Assembly: GCA_048938855.1 (NCBI GenBank)
Contig: JBHLLT010000006.1
Span: 32,001-96,000, forward strand
Direction of reading: 5' to 3'
DNA: 64,000 nucleotides
Origin: Promethearchaeota archaeon
GTDB lineage: Archaea > Asgardarchaeota > Lokiarchaeia > Sigyniarchaeales > SOKP01
The position numbers and the translations under genes were made by a program. Each line of letters begins with the position of its first letter. Position 1 is the stretch's first letter. The notes beneath the pieces are model-generated. The model saw only the letters and a list, made by a program, of their open reading frames with translations, was not told the origin of the DNA and searched no databases. Shown here one piece after another: positions 1 to 10,365 of this stretch.

Positions 1-466
1 GCATTTGATCTTCTAAACCTCCAACATCGGAATATGAAATATCTGGAATTGAATCAATTACCTCCATACCTTTCACAAATGGATCTAATTTTGTAGGCAA
101 AACCTCCATGATAGCAAATGTTCTTTGGTTTAATGCTACTCGTGTTCCCGGATCCAATTTTTCATTTTTGACTTTTCTGCTAGTATTAACAACAAAACTA
201 GGTCCGGTTGAGCTTTTTACAATTGCTCTTCCTTTTTCATCTAAAAAATCAATAATAGTGGCAGAGACTAATGGTGGTTCTCTTAATCTATCAATTTCAT
301 TTCTTAAACTATGGAGTTCTTGTTCCAGTCTTAGGCGTTCTGCATCTAATAATTGTTTTTCTGTTTCCAAATTTCTGAGTCGCTTTTCTAAATGCCTAGT
401 ATAGGTTATTAGATATTCTCCATCTTTAGTTTCTTCTTTTTTCCGCTTTTCTTTAGTTGTAGTCAA
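1..466 (-). CDS. pan: Proteasome-activating nucleotidase PAN, N-terminal part (runs off the window start)
   Basis: Manual translation from TTG at 466: MTTTKEKRKKEETKDGEYLITYTRHLEKRLRNLETEKQLLDAERLRLEQELHSLRNEIDRLREPPLVSATII...GPSFVVN...PGTRVALNQ...VGGLE. Coiled coil plus OB domain typical of PAN; divergent from mbf1. Confidence 0.9.
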   Translation of the reverse strand, partial: MTTTKEKRKKEETKDGEYLITYTRHLEKRLRNLETEKQLLDAERLRLEQELHSLRNEIDRLREPPLVSATIIDFLDEKGRAIVKSSTGPSFVVNTSRKVKNEKLDPGTRVALNQRTFAIMEVLPTKLDPFVKGMEVIDSIPDISYSDVGGLEDQM

Positions 467-706
467 AAAAAGTATACCCCTTTCTTTCTTACTATAATTT
501 ACTATTTTAAGAAAATGATTTAAATTATTAATAAACTTTTAATCATTTAAATTTAAGGCTAGTTCTATATTGTTTCTTAAAAATGTCGATTTTTAAAAAA
601 TTTATACATTATAAAATATAATGAATGGAAAGCGTAAATTATAAGAATATCTAATTAAATTCTATATATATAACCTTTCTTTCAATAAAATTTTAAATAT
701 TTATCA

Positions 707-1240
707 ATGCCAAAATCACGATATAATGAACTTGATAAGGAATGCCCCATATGTGGAAGCATTATTTGGGGAAAGGGTGAAAGAGTTTTACTAGAAGGAG
801 CTAGAATAACGGTTTGTCATAATTGTGCTCAACATGGAATCAAAATTCAAAAAACCCCAACAAATACCCAAGCTAAGAACACATACCCAGATAATAAAAA
901 ATTAGCACCCAAACGACAATCTGTTAAAAAAGATTCTATTAATAGTCTTGAGATAATACCTGATTATGCTAAAAAGATAAAAGCTAAGAGGAGTTCTCTT
1001 GGATTAAACCAAGATCAATTTGCTCAGAGATTAAATGAGAAACCTTCATTACTGAGAAGAATTGAAGCGGGAAAAGTTGAACCTACAATAAAATTGGCAA
1101 AGAAGATAGAAGATGTCTATAAAATTAAAATTCTAAAAAAATCCGATGAGATCGAAGCTAATGTTCAAAATAATAAATACATGAAGAAAACCACCGGTAC
1201 ATCTCTTGGTGATATTGCTTTCATTAAAAAAAAGAAGTAG
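707..1240 (+). CDS. mbf1: Archaeal multiprotein bridging factor 1 (Zn ribbon + HTH)
   Basis: CxxC...CxxC N-terminus, HTH (GLNQDQFAQRLNEKPSLLRRIEAGK), C-terminal TSLGDI; next to pan. Confidence 0.9.
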   Translation: MPKSRYNELDKECPICGSIIWGKGERVLLEGARITVCHNCAQHGIKIQKTPTNTQAKNTYPDNKKLAPKRQSVKKDSINSLEIIPDYAKKIKAKRSSLGLNQDQFAQRLNEKPSLLRRIEAGKVEPTIKLAKKIEDVYKIKILKKSDEIEANVQNNKYMKKTTGTSLGDIAFIKKKK

Positions 1241-1267
1241 ACTCATGTATATATAAAGATCCTTATT

Positions 1268-3310
1268 TTAAATGTCAATTTTCTCTATTTTTACTATTGC
1301 TGAATTAAACACTCCAGAAAAACCTAACTCTTCTGGTTCATCAGGAATAAAAAAATTAACATTTATACCTTCTTGTGTACTAGATGATAATCCAGAATAG
1401 ATTAATGCAGTTCTAGGTTTCAATTTTTGAGATTCTGCTAAAATATATATACCAGATCCATATTCATTAGAGACTTTAACTTTGGATCCTTCTTCCAAAT
1501 CTAAAATTTGAATATCTTTAGATGTTAAGAAGATTTTACTAAATTCATTTAAATATCTTTGATTTATTTGCCCCAATTGTGAATGTAAGAAGTGGAAATG
1601 AGAGGGAGATATAAGTATAAACTCATTTTTTTCCATATTTAATTTGCGCATTAATTCGTTTTCACCAAATGTAAAATTCGACCCCAACACTTGAATTCTG
1701 TTATTAAAAGTCGGCCATTGTAAATCACTGAATGGAACGGAATCCAATCCAAATAATAAATAATAACCTTTAGACTGAAGATTTTCTTGAATTTTTGAGG
1801 GTAACATTCTTATACTGTTTCTAAAAATTGTTTCTTCAGATTCTTGGAATATATCATGGTTTTTAAAGTCGAACTCCTGTGTTAACTGTTGAAAGAATTC
1901 ATAATTTGAAAGACAATTTTGATATGGGCAAGGTCCTCCAATATTAATCGATAATCCAGGGATATAATAAGGAGATATTAAATCAAATGATTCCACATCA
2001 AATTTGACAGGAATTACAATATCAGCATACTTAGTAGTTTCATTGAGAAACATATCCAATACAATAATATATAAATCATCTCTTAAAAACGCACTTCTTA
2101 ATAAATTTTGATTTGGTAGGGAACTTGCGGGATTGAAATTATAAATAAATAGCATTCTATAAATCCCAGAAGAGAGCACATTTCCTAGGTTAATTATCGG
2201 AATTTCAGTCATTTTCGATTCTCCTTTAATATTAGTTATATATTCTCTAAGAGGTTGAAGTAACGGTTTCATAAAATCACTCTGGGAATATATTATTCCA
2301 GTACCCGTCTTTCCTAAGTTTCCTAGCATAATCTGAATTAAAGCAATACATTTTACTATCTTTCCACCAAAAAAATCTTTCTGAACACCATATCCAATGT
2401 TAAAAATAGTATGGTGCTTGAATTTTATCATAAATTCAACAAAAAGTTTAAAGCTTTGAATATCAATTCCAATTTGCTTCAGAAGTTCCATTTTTTCGAC
2501 TTTAACTGTTTCCTGAATAATTGAAGAGTAAGATTCAACATTTTCAATTAGGAAAACTTCATCATGCGCGTGATTAGCAATTATTTCATTAATAGTCAAC
2601 TTAACTAATAAATGATCAGTTCCCGGAAAGATATGTAAAAATAAATGAGCCTTTTGGGATATTATTGTTTCTCTTGAATCCACAACCACAAGTTTAATTC
2701 CATTTTTTAATGCTTTTTTAACTAAGTAATATGCATGATTATTACTCTCAGATAAATTGCTACCCCAAATCACTATTAATTTGGTTGAGGGATTTATTAT
2801 CTGAAAAGGATTTGTGGTAGAATATGTACCGAATAACTCTTTGAGTCCTGCACATCCTCCTTCATTGCAAATTCCTCCGTTTGTTATAGATGCACCTAAT
2901 TTTTCAAAAAATCGTAAAGGAGCATACTGAGATATTATTCCAGAGTTCCCTGAATAGAAAGCACCCAAAATAGAATTAGAATTATCTTTTTCTCGAATTT
3001 CTTTTAGTCTTTCTGCAATAAGGTTAATTCCTTCTTTTAATGAAATTTCTTCAAATTGGTTTCCAGGTTTAGGCCCAGATCGGATTAATGGAGTTTTCAA
3101 ACGTTCTGGATGATATATTAAACTCTCTCGATTTTTAAATTTTGGACAAAAAAAACCATTAGTAAACGGATGATTTTTAGAAGGAATTGCAAATAGAAAT
3201 TTATGTTCTAATGCCTTATCATCCCAATATCCTTCAAAAACGCATGAACCGTAACAGTCTTTTGAGCAAGTACCAAATCTAGTTTTATCAAATGGGTGAT
3301 TTAAGTTCAT
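1268..3310 (-). CDS. Molybdopterin-dependent oxidoreductase (DMSO reductase/FdhF-like family)
   Basis: CxxDCxxxC...GFFCPK Fe-S motif, HPERLKTPL, PGTD, FLNETTKYADIVIP, C-terminal molybdopterin-binding domain. Confidence 0.85.
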   Translation of the reverse strand: MNLNHPFDKTRFGTCSKDCYGSCVFEGYWDDKALEHKFLFAIPSKNHPFTNGFFCPKFKNRESLIYHPERLKTPLIRSGPKPGNQFEEISLKEGINLIAERLKEIREKDNSNSILGAFYSGNSGIISQYAPLRFFEKLGASITNGGICNEGGCAGLKELFGTYSTTNPFQIINPSTKLIVIWGSNLSESNNHAYYLVKKALKNGIKLVVVDSRETIISQKAHLFLHIFPGTDHLLVKLTINEIIANHAHDEVFLIENVESYSSIIQETVKVEKMELLKQIGIDIQSFKLFVEFMIKFKHHTIFNIGYGVQKDFFGGKIVKCIALIQIMLGNLGKTGTGIIYSQSDFMKPLLQPLREYITNIKGESKMTEIPIINLGNVLSSGIYRMLFIYNFNPASSLPNQNLLRSAFLRDDLYIIVLDMFLNETTKYADIVIPVKFDVESFDLISPYYIPGLSINIGGPCPYQNCLSNYEFFQQLTQEFDFKNHDIFQESEETIFRNSIRMLPSKIQENLQSKGYYLLFGLDSVPFSDLQWPTFNNRIQVLGSNFTFGENELMRKLNMEKNEFILISPSHFHFLHSQLGQINQRYLNEFSKIFLTSKDIQILDLEEGSKVKVSNEYGSGIYILAESQKLKPRTALIYSGLSSSTQEGINVNFFIPDEPEELGFSGVFNSAIVKIEKIDI

Positions 3311-3398
3311 ATAAATTTAAATTAAATTGTAAAAAAGATAATATTCTAATTAAACATATCTGTTCTAATAATATTTTTGGTAATCAGAATTAATTCTT

Positions 3399-3989
3399 TT
3401 AATCAATAGAAATTCTAGTGTTTTGAACTTGTGCAATCTTATTCTTTAATAATTTAATAATTGCTTGATTATCTTGAGCTTCAAGAGAACCTCCACAGTC
3501 GGGGCATCTAAAATTAAGCTCAAATGCTTCATCAAAATTATATTTAATGTTCGATTCTTGACAGTTATAGCATATAAAGAAATAGTTATTCTGTTCAAAT
3601 TGTAACCTATCTCGTAATTTACCATCAATCAACTTCTTCTTTTCAATAAGAATTTCTTCAAGCAAATCAAATTCATGCCACCAATAGTAGATAAACCATC
3701 CTGTTGATTTATCTCTTATGCGTCTGAATTGGGCAAGTTTTTCTGAATAAAGTTTATAAAGTGTTTTACGCACTGTATTTAATTTTAGAATTTCGGCGTC
3801 ATCAGGTTCAAAGTCAACATCTGTACCTTCAATACTCTCTTTTATGTTTTCTGTAATATCTTCATCTGTTATATCCTCAGATTCAGAATTTAAAAGTTCC
3901 ATTCCAACATATATTGCGATTTCACCGCCAATAATATATAAAAAAGATCGTAAGAAAGGATTTAATTCTTTAATATGATTTGGCCTCAT
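3399..3989 (-). CDS. tfe: Transcription factor E alpha
   Basis: LNTVRKTLYKL, RDKSTGWFIYYW, FDEAFELNFRCPDCG. Confidence 0.93.
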   Translation of the reverse strand: MRPNHIKELNPFLRSFLYIIGGEIAIYVGMELLNSESEDITDEDITENIKESIEGTDVDFEPDDAEILKLNTVRKTLYKLYSEKLAQFRRIRDKSTGWFIYYWWHEFDLLEEILIEKKKLIDGKLRDRLQFEQNNYFFICYNCQESNIKYNFDEAFELNFRCPDCGGSLEAQDNQAIIKLLKNKIAQVQNTRISID

Positions 3990-4079
3990 TCACTTTATCA
4001 TTTTAAATTTAATAAATAAATCTTTGATAAAAATTAAATTTTTGTGAAAATTCTACTTATAAACCATTAAACTTAATCT

Positions 4080-4862
4080 TTAAACAATAATTGAATATTG
4101 TTTTTCTATAATTTCCCCATCAATATCTAAGCTACGAAACATTTTCCCTTTTCTTATTGACATTATTCTTAACAATTTTGAATTTGAAATATTTTTGGGG
4201 ATTTCTATATCTGCAATTTTATAATTATTAAAGATAGTAATTGACTTCCAATTTTTTGGGAGATCAGTTCTAAAATCGTGTAAAGCATTATTTATTAAAT
4301 TATTAAGATTTTTTTCTGAATTTGCCATATATCCTGTACAAAATTGAATCCTTTTACTTACATCATCTTCTTCTATTTTCTTTTTAGATGGTTGTGGTAA
4401 ATTTTTTTTGGTAGTCACCTTACAATTTGGATTCAAATTGAATGAAATTAAAAAGTAACTAGTCTCCCGAAATGCCTCAATACATTGCAATAAAGAATCT
4501 TTTTTAACGGAATCAATAATTTCTGCTTTAAAATTTTTTGTTTGCCCTGAAGATTGCTTGAGATCCCAAGTAAATCCTAAATTAGAAATAATATCAGTAA
4601 TATCGGAACCACTGATTAATTTTCCTTTAATTTCAAAATTATCAGTTGGATTTGACATCCCACTAGTTACTAATTCTTGGATCAAATCCTCGTATTCATG
4701 GCTTCCCTTCAGTGTAAATTTTGCTTTTGTCTGGCTTATTTTCAAAGCTGGACCAATAAAATCTCCTCTTGAATATCTGTAAAAATGCCGATGAATATCC
4801 ATATGATTATTTGCGGGATCTTCCAAAAGTGGAGTTTCAACAATTTTTTTAAGAAAATGCAT
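4080..4862 (-). CDS. Hypothetical protein
   Basis: 260-aa ORF co-oriented with tfe; no family recognised. Confidence 0.7.
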   Translation of the reverse strand: MHFLKKIVETPLLEDPANNHMDIHRHFYRYSRGDFIGPALKISQTKAKFTLKGSHEYEDLIQELVTSGMSNPTDNFEIKGKLISGSDITDIISNLGFTWDLKQSSGQTKNFKAEIIDSVKKDSLLQCIEAFRETSYFLISFNLNPNCKVTTKKNLPQPSKKKIEEDDVSKRIQFCTGYMANSEKNLNNLINNALHDFRTDLPKNWKSITIFNNYKIADIEIPKNISNSKLLRIMSIRKGKMFRSLDIDGEIIEKQYSIIV

Positions 4863-5016
4863 CTTATCTATTCATTTAATTTTCTATAAATTTAATTCTA
4901 ATTTTATTTAATAAATATCAAAAGATTATAATTATAAATTTTATTCATTAATAAAATTAAAAAAAAATAAATCATAACTAAAAATACAGATTACAAAAAA
5001 AAAAAATGTATGCAAT

Positions 5017-5217
5017 ATGACTGATATTCCATCCCTAACAATTTGGTCCTTAGCGTGGGTTTTTCTAATTATAGGGCTAATAACCTTAACGATTTTAGTC
5101 ATATATACTAAGTATGGGAGAGAAATTTCAATTAAGTTATCCATCATTAACGCGGTAATTTCAGCTGTATTTTTAGCTTTTGCTTTTCATTTTTTGTTGC
5201 TTTCATGGGGTTATTAA
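5017..5217 (+). CDS. Small two-TM membrane protein
   Basis: Two hydrophobic helices separated by a YTKYGRE loop. Confidence 0.65.
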   Translation: MTDIPSLTIWSLAWVFLIIGLITLTILVIYTKYGREISIKLSIINAVISAVFLAFAFHFLLLSWGY

Positions 5218-5373
5218 ATAAAAAATTGTCTTTTGCTCTATTATATTTTAATAACTTCTATAATTCTCAATTTCCATAACTTTTTAAATTAATTTGTTAA
5301 TATTTAAAAAAGATGAAAATTTTTTCTCTTTAATCAAATTTTCTTCAATCTAATATAAAAAAAGGAAAATAAA

Positions 5374-5793
5374 ATGTTATTTCAGTTAGATCCTATTATT
5401 TGGTTTATAATATGGCTTGTCTTAGCGACCGTAATAGTGGCGTTAATCTTATTTATTGTTGTCTTATTAATTGTATCGAAGACTAAAGCCTCTGATAAAA
5501 AGTTTATAATTATTTTACTTGCTTTTATCTTTGTACTTGTAATTCCGGTAGTTTTAGGGGCAATTAGTACTGTATTTGGGGTATTTAATGGAATCCCATG
5601 GAGTGATGGAAATTACTTAATGCTTTTGGTGCCGATCATCGGTTTTCTAATAATCTTGATTTTAACTAAATACCTTTTAGATGTTGCTTGGGATAAGGCT
5701 GTTTGGATATCTTTGTTAACTCTATTTATATTATTCCTACTCTATACTCTGATACCTGGATTAGCTTCTTTTCTAGGATTTGTACTGGCATAA
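5374..5793 (+). CDS. Hypothetical four-TM membrane protein
   Basis: Four hydrophobic segments; followed by a T-tract. Confidence 0.7.
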   Translation: MLFQLDPIIWFIIWLVLATVIVALILFIVVLLIVSKTKASDKKFIIILLAFIFVLVIPVVLGAISTVFGVFNGIPWSDGNYLMLLVPIIGFLIILILTKYLLDVAWDKAVWISLLTLFILFLLYTLIPGLASFLGFVLA

Positions 5794-5818
5794 ATCAAAA
5801 ACTTTTTTAATAAATTAA

Positions 5819-5836
5819 TTTTTATTTTTTTTTTTC
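5819..5836 (+). terminator. Oligo-T tract, likely archaeal terminator
   Basis: Long T run just downstream of the 5793 stop, between convergent genes. Confidence 0.4.
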
Positions 5837-5926
5837 CAACTTTTTTGATTGACTTTAAGATGAAAAAAGGTATCTTAAGAATTAAAATGAGGATAATAAT
5901 AAGAAATATGAAAGTAATTCCAAGTT

Positions 5927-8900
5927 TTAGATTTTTTCCTTTAATTTTAAACGGGGAGCTAAACCTAAACTCATCATTTCCTGTAATAATAATTTAAAAG
6001 CGTATGAACAAACAACTTTGGAAATTATCGTTCCTTCTCCACAAACTGGGCAATATCGTTTATCTCTATTTCTATCATAAACGGCAAGCAGTCCACATTT
6101 TTCACAGACTAATATTACTGTTCGATCTGATTCATCTAAAAGACGTTCTTTTAATAACAATGCTGAACCATGTCCAACTAAACAGTCTCTCTCCATTTCA
6201 CCGAATCTCAATCCTCCTTCACGAGCACGACCCTCTGTTGGTTGTCTTGTTAAAATTTGTACTGGACCTCTTGCTCTAGCATGAAGTTTATCTGCAACTA
6301 AGTGATATAACTTTTGATAATAAATTGGAGCGCAATATATTCCTGCTTCATACTTTTCTCCAGTAATACCATTATACATCACTTCTCTTCCATTGAATTC
6401 AAATCCTGCTGCTACTAATTGTTCCTGAAGCTTAGTAATATCGGTCCACTCAAAAGCGGTTGCATCTCCTAATTTTCCGGTTGTACACGCAATTTTACCA
6501 CTGATACCTTCAAAAAGCTGTCCTAAGGTCATTCTTGAAGGCATAGCGTGGGGATTTACAATTATATCTGGAATTACACCAGAAGCAGTGTAGGGCATAT
6601 CAGCTTGTTCAACAACTAGTCCTAATACTCCCTTTTGCCCATGGCGTGAAGAAAATTTATCTCCTAATTCTGGAATTCTTAGATCTCTAACCTTTATTTT
6701 AACTAGTTTATTTCCGTCAACGGTTTCTGAAATTATTACAGTATCAACTATTCCTTGTTCATTATGGCGCATATTTTTTGATGTTTCACGTCTATTTGGC
6801 TGCATTAGTTCAAATTCTTCATATGACTTAATGAATCTAGGTGGTGAAGTTCTTCCTATTAGGACATCTCCTCCATTAACTTGTGTTTCAGGTTCAATAA
6901 TTCCATCAACTTCTGATAATAATCTGTAGGATTCAGCAGATTTAAATCCTCTTACACCTCTCTCTGGAATCTCAAACTTATCGACTTCTCCTCCGGGATA
7001 TTTTCTCTCTTCAGCATCATAAGTTCTAAAGAAATGACTACGAGCAAGACCTCTCTCTATTGATGCTTTATTTATAATAATTGCATCTTCTATGTTAAAA
7101 CCTTCAAAACTCATCATAGCAATAATAAAATTTTGACCAGCAGGTCTTTGATTTATCCCAATAATCTCCATTGGACTTGTTTTTACTAAGGGTTGTTGAG
7201 GATAATGTAAGGTGTGTCCTCGAGTGTCTAATCTTAAATGCATGTTCGCTGCAAATAAACCTAAAGCTTGCTTTACCATCCCCGCTTCATAAGTATTTCT
7301 AGGAGATTGGTTATGTTCTGGAAATGGAATTATAGAAGCACAAATTCCCAATATTGCTGCTGGTGATATCTCTAAATGAGTATGTTCAAGGGTAATATCT
7401 TCTTCAAACATTGCGATATAAGCATTCTCCTCTTCTTCAGCATCTAAATATTCAATAACACCCTTATGGACTAAGTCTGACCAAATAAATTTTTTTTGCC
7501 TAATCTTTTCAATATCTTCTTTTGAAACAAGCAGATTCTTATTTTTTAAAACAAATAGAGGTCGAGTAGCTCTACCTGCATCACAATTAATTTGAATTTC
7601 TTTTGAGTCATGATAATAACCAATGTTTACATGTTGTCCAATCTCTCCTTTTCTTCTTTTTTCTCGTAATTGGCGAATAAAAGGATTATGTTGTTGATGG
7701 ATTCCTACTAATTTCCCGTTTAAAAACACCTTGATTTTCTCTCCCTTCACATTCTTGACTTCATTGATCGGAATAACCCCTAAATCGATTAAGATATTTT
7801 CAATAATTCTTTCATCAGTTCCAACAGATATTATTGATGCTAATCCAAGGTTCTTAACTAAACCGCAATTAGGACCTTCTGGAGTTTCAGCTGGACAGAT
7901 TTTGCCCCATTGAGTTGGATGTAAATCTCTAGCTTCAAAGTGTGGCTGACTACGGCTTAATGGCGAAATTACTCGTCTTAAATGGCTTAAAGTACCAACA
8001 TGATTAGTTCGATTCAAAAGTTGGCTAACTCCTGCTTTTCCTCCAACCCAATTACCTGTTGCCAATGCGTGTCTAATTCTTTCAGTTATTACGTCTGCTC
8101 TTACAGCCGTTTTAATATTTGGGGCTCTTCCTCTAACAGCTGTTCTTTCTAATTGATATTTTATATCTTTAACCAGATTTAAGAATGCAACTCTAAATAA
8201 AGAAGTAAATAATTCTCCTGCTAATTTTAACCTTTTATTTGCATAGTGATCTTTATCATCTGGCTCTCGGAGCCCTAAAGCAAGTTCCATTACTTTTTGA
8301 GCCATCTGTCCTAAGTAATAAGCTTTTTTAATTCTATCTTCTTCTGCATTTCCTATATGAGGTAAAAGATATCTATCTAGAACTTGAAGAGCTCTCCTAA
8401 TACGATAATCTTTAGTTTGTCCAATCGCTACTCTTTTTCCGATATAATCCAGCGCATTTTGTTGAGATTTTTCTGGATCTTTTAAAACTTGGATCTCTGA
8501 AGCTACATCTATTACTGGAATCAGTTCTTTCTGGATTTCCTCATTTTCAGATATTGCTTCAAAAATTTCTCTGTCTGAATGTAATCCTAAAGATCTCATA
8601 AGAATTGCTAAAGGGATTTTACCTGGGACTGATGGAAATGAAACTCGTAAATTACCATCTTTTTTCCTTTCAATTGTAACTGGTGCTCGAAATCCACTTC
8701 TCGTTGAAAAAACTTTCGCTTGATGGGTTGCACTCGAACTTCTACTCGCCTCTTCGGCAAGAATTCTATTAGGTGCTAAATCTTCCTGAGTAACGAGAAC
8801 TCGTTCAGTTCCGTTTATTATAAAATATCCGCCCGGATCTAATGGATCTTCTCCTCTATTTATTAATTCATGTTCAGAAAGGCTTTCTAAGGGGCAACGG

Positions 8901-9298
8901 CAACTCTTAAGCATTATTGGAATTTTTCCTATGTATATATCAAGAGTTTCTTCCGCTTCTTCTCTCTGTGTTCGCTCATCAATTGTTATAGGAGTCATTT
9001 CTAATGTAATATCAGCCGCATAACTAAGTTCTCTAATCCTCGCTTCTATTGGAGTGATTTCCATAGTAGCACCATCAGCTTCTCTTACTTTTGGTATCCC
9101 AACTTTAATTTTTCCAAATTTTATTTTAAAACCAGGTATATCAGGAATAACTTCGCCAGATTCATCTACAATGGTTTGCATTTCATATTCAATAAAATTA
9201 TTGTAAGAATCTAAATGTTGACGAACTAATCCCTTCTCATCAAATAAACTCTTTAAAATAACCCATTTATCAGAATTTGATAATTTTCCAGAACTCAA
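5927..9298 (-). CDS. rpoB: DNA-directed RNA polymerase subunit B (Rpo2, unsplit)
   Basis: GYFIINGTERV, GDKFSSRHGQKG, GGLRFGEMERDC, C-terminal Zn ribbon; TTG start. Confidence 0.98.
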   Translation of the reverse strand: MSSGKLSNSDKWVILKSLFDEKGLVRQHLDSYNNFIEYEMQTIVDESGEVIPDIPGFKIKFGKIKVGIPKVREADGATMEITPIEARIRELSYAADITLEMTPITIDERTQREEAEETLDIYIGKIPIMLKSCRCPLESLSEHELINRGEDPLDPGGYFIINGTERVLVTQEDLAPNRILAEEASRSSSATHQAKVFSTRSGFRAPVTIERKKDGNLRVSFPSVPGKIPLAILMRSLGLHSDREIFEAISENEEIQKELIPVIDVASEIQVLKDPEKSQQNALDYIGKRVAIGQTKDYRIRRALQVLDRYLLPHIGNAEEDRIKKAYYLGQMAQKVMELALGLREPDDKDHYANKRLKLAGELFTSLFRVAFLNLVKDIKYQLERTAVRGRAPNIKTAVRADVITERIRHALATGNWVGGKAGVSQLLNRTNHVGTLSHLRRVISPLSRSQPHFEARDLHPTQWGKICPAETPEGPNCGLVKNLGLASIISVGTDERIIENILIDLGVIPINEVKNVKGEKIKVFLNGKLVGIHQQHNPFIRQLREKRRKGEIGQHVNIGYYHDSKEIQINCDAGRATRPLFVLKNKNLLVSKEDIEKIRQKKFIWSDLVHKGVIEYLDAEEEENAYIAMFEEDITLEHTHLEISPAAILGICASIIPFPEHNQSPRNTYEAGMVKQALGLFAANMHLRLDTRGHTLHYPQQPLVKTSPMEIIGINQRPAGQNFIIAMMSFEGFNIEDAIIINKASIERGLARSHFFRTYDAEERKYPGGEVDKFEIPERGVRGFKSAESYRLLSEVDGIIEPETQVNGGDVLIGRTSPPRFIKSYEEFELMQPNRRETSKNMRHNEQGIVDTVIISETVDGNKLVKIKVRDLRIPELGDKFSSRHGQKGVLGLVVEQADMPYTASGVIPDIIVNPHAMPSRMTLGQLFEGISGKIACTTGKLGDATAFEWTDITKLQEQLVAAGFEFNGREVMYNGITGEKYEAGIYCAPIYYQKLYHLVADKLHARARGPVQILTRQPTEGRAREGGLRFGEMERDCLVGHGSALLLKERLLDESDRTVILVCEKCGLLAVYDRNRDKRYCPVCGEGTIISKVVCSYAFKLLLQEMMSLGLAPRLKLKEKI

Positions 9299-9344
9299 AA
9301 TACAATAAACCTTATTATTTTTTATTTTTTTAAAAAAACCAGTT

Positions 9345-9602
9345 TTAGACTTTTTCCTTTTTTACATATCGATAATAATTTACTGATTTAACCGTTGTAT
9401 CGGAATCTCTTGTAATTTTTATTATATCTCCTTCTTTTGCTCCAATAGCAATCGCAACAGGATCTTTTTCAAATATTTGAGGTAAGTCATTTACGTCAAT
9501 GCGAAATGTCTCTAAAAGATTTTGTGATTCTTCTTTAGTTAAAAGAACATGTCTAGGGACGAATTTATGTAGTAAAACATCAATCTGTTTCTTTTTAGTC
9601 AA
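9345..9602 (-). CDS. rpoH: RNA polymerase subunit H (Rpo5)
   Basis: HKFVPRHVLL, LPQIFEKDPVA, YYRYV; TTG at 9602 is the likely start. Confidence 0.95.
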   Translation of the reverse strand: MTKKKQIDVLLHKFVPRHVLLTKEESQNLLETFRIDVNDLPQIFEKDPVAIAIGAKEGDIIKITRDSDTTVKSVNYYRYVKKEKV

Positions 9603-9704
9603 GGAAAAATCCTCACTTTTTAAAAAATGATAGATATACAAATGATACTAATCTAAAAAATTTTTCGTTTATTTTATCTTTACCAATGAGAATTAATTGA
9701 TTTG

Positions 9705-10337
9705 TCACTCATGAAAACATCTAAAAACCCAATATCCGCTTCGTTTGCATAATATTTCAACCTTTTTATCAGGATAGGTATCTTCAATATATTTTAAAAT
9801 ATAAGGTGCTCCCATTTTCTTTCTAATGACAAATTGAAAAGAACCCTTTTTTTTTAAATAATCTTGAACATCAGAAAGCGTATGTAAAAAATCTTTCCTT
9901 CCTTGGCGTAAAGGTGGATTCGTATATATTCCATCGAATTTAATATTTTTATTTTCAATAGGTTCAAAGTAGTTTCCATATAAAGCTATAACATTTTTTG
10001 TTTGATTAGGAAGGTTTAATTTAATATTCTCTTTAGAACACCAAATGGCACGTTTATTAATATCTATTAAATAAATGGAACTCTGATTTGATTCATATCC
10101 TAATACAATTCCTATTACACCATAACCACATCCTAAATCAAGTAAATAAGATGGCTCTTTTGGAATAATCATATGGTTAATCAATACTTTGGTTCCAAGA
10201 TCGATTTTGCTAAATGAAAACACCCCGGGGATAGTCTTGAAAATAAAAAGGTGTCTTCTTAAACTTTCAGAAATAGTATGAATTTTTACATCTACATCAG
10301 GAAATTTACTATAATAATGACTTTTCTTATCTTCCAT
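9705..10337 (-). CDS. Class I SAM methyltransferase, RsmC/MTS-like
   Basis: PGVFS..KIDLGT, LDLGCGYG, TNPP motifs. Confidence 0.85.
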   Translation of the reverse strand: MEDKKSHYYSKFPDVDVKIHTISESLRRHLFIFKTIPGVFSFSKIDLGTKVLINHMIIPKEPSYLLDLGCGYGVIGIVLGYESNQSSIYLIDINKRAIWCSKENIKLNLPNQTKNVIALYGNYFEPIENKNIKFDGIYTNPPLRQGRKDFLHTLSDVQDYLKKKGSFQFVIRKKMGAPYILKYIEDTYPDKKVEILCKRSGYWVFRCFHE

Positions 10338-10365
10338 AATACAAAATCAGATTAATTTAAGCTTT

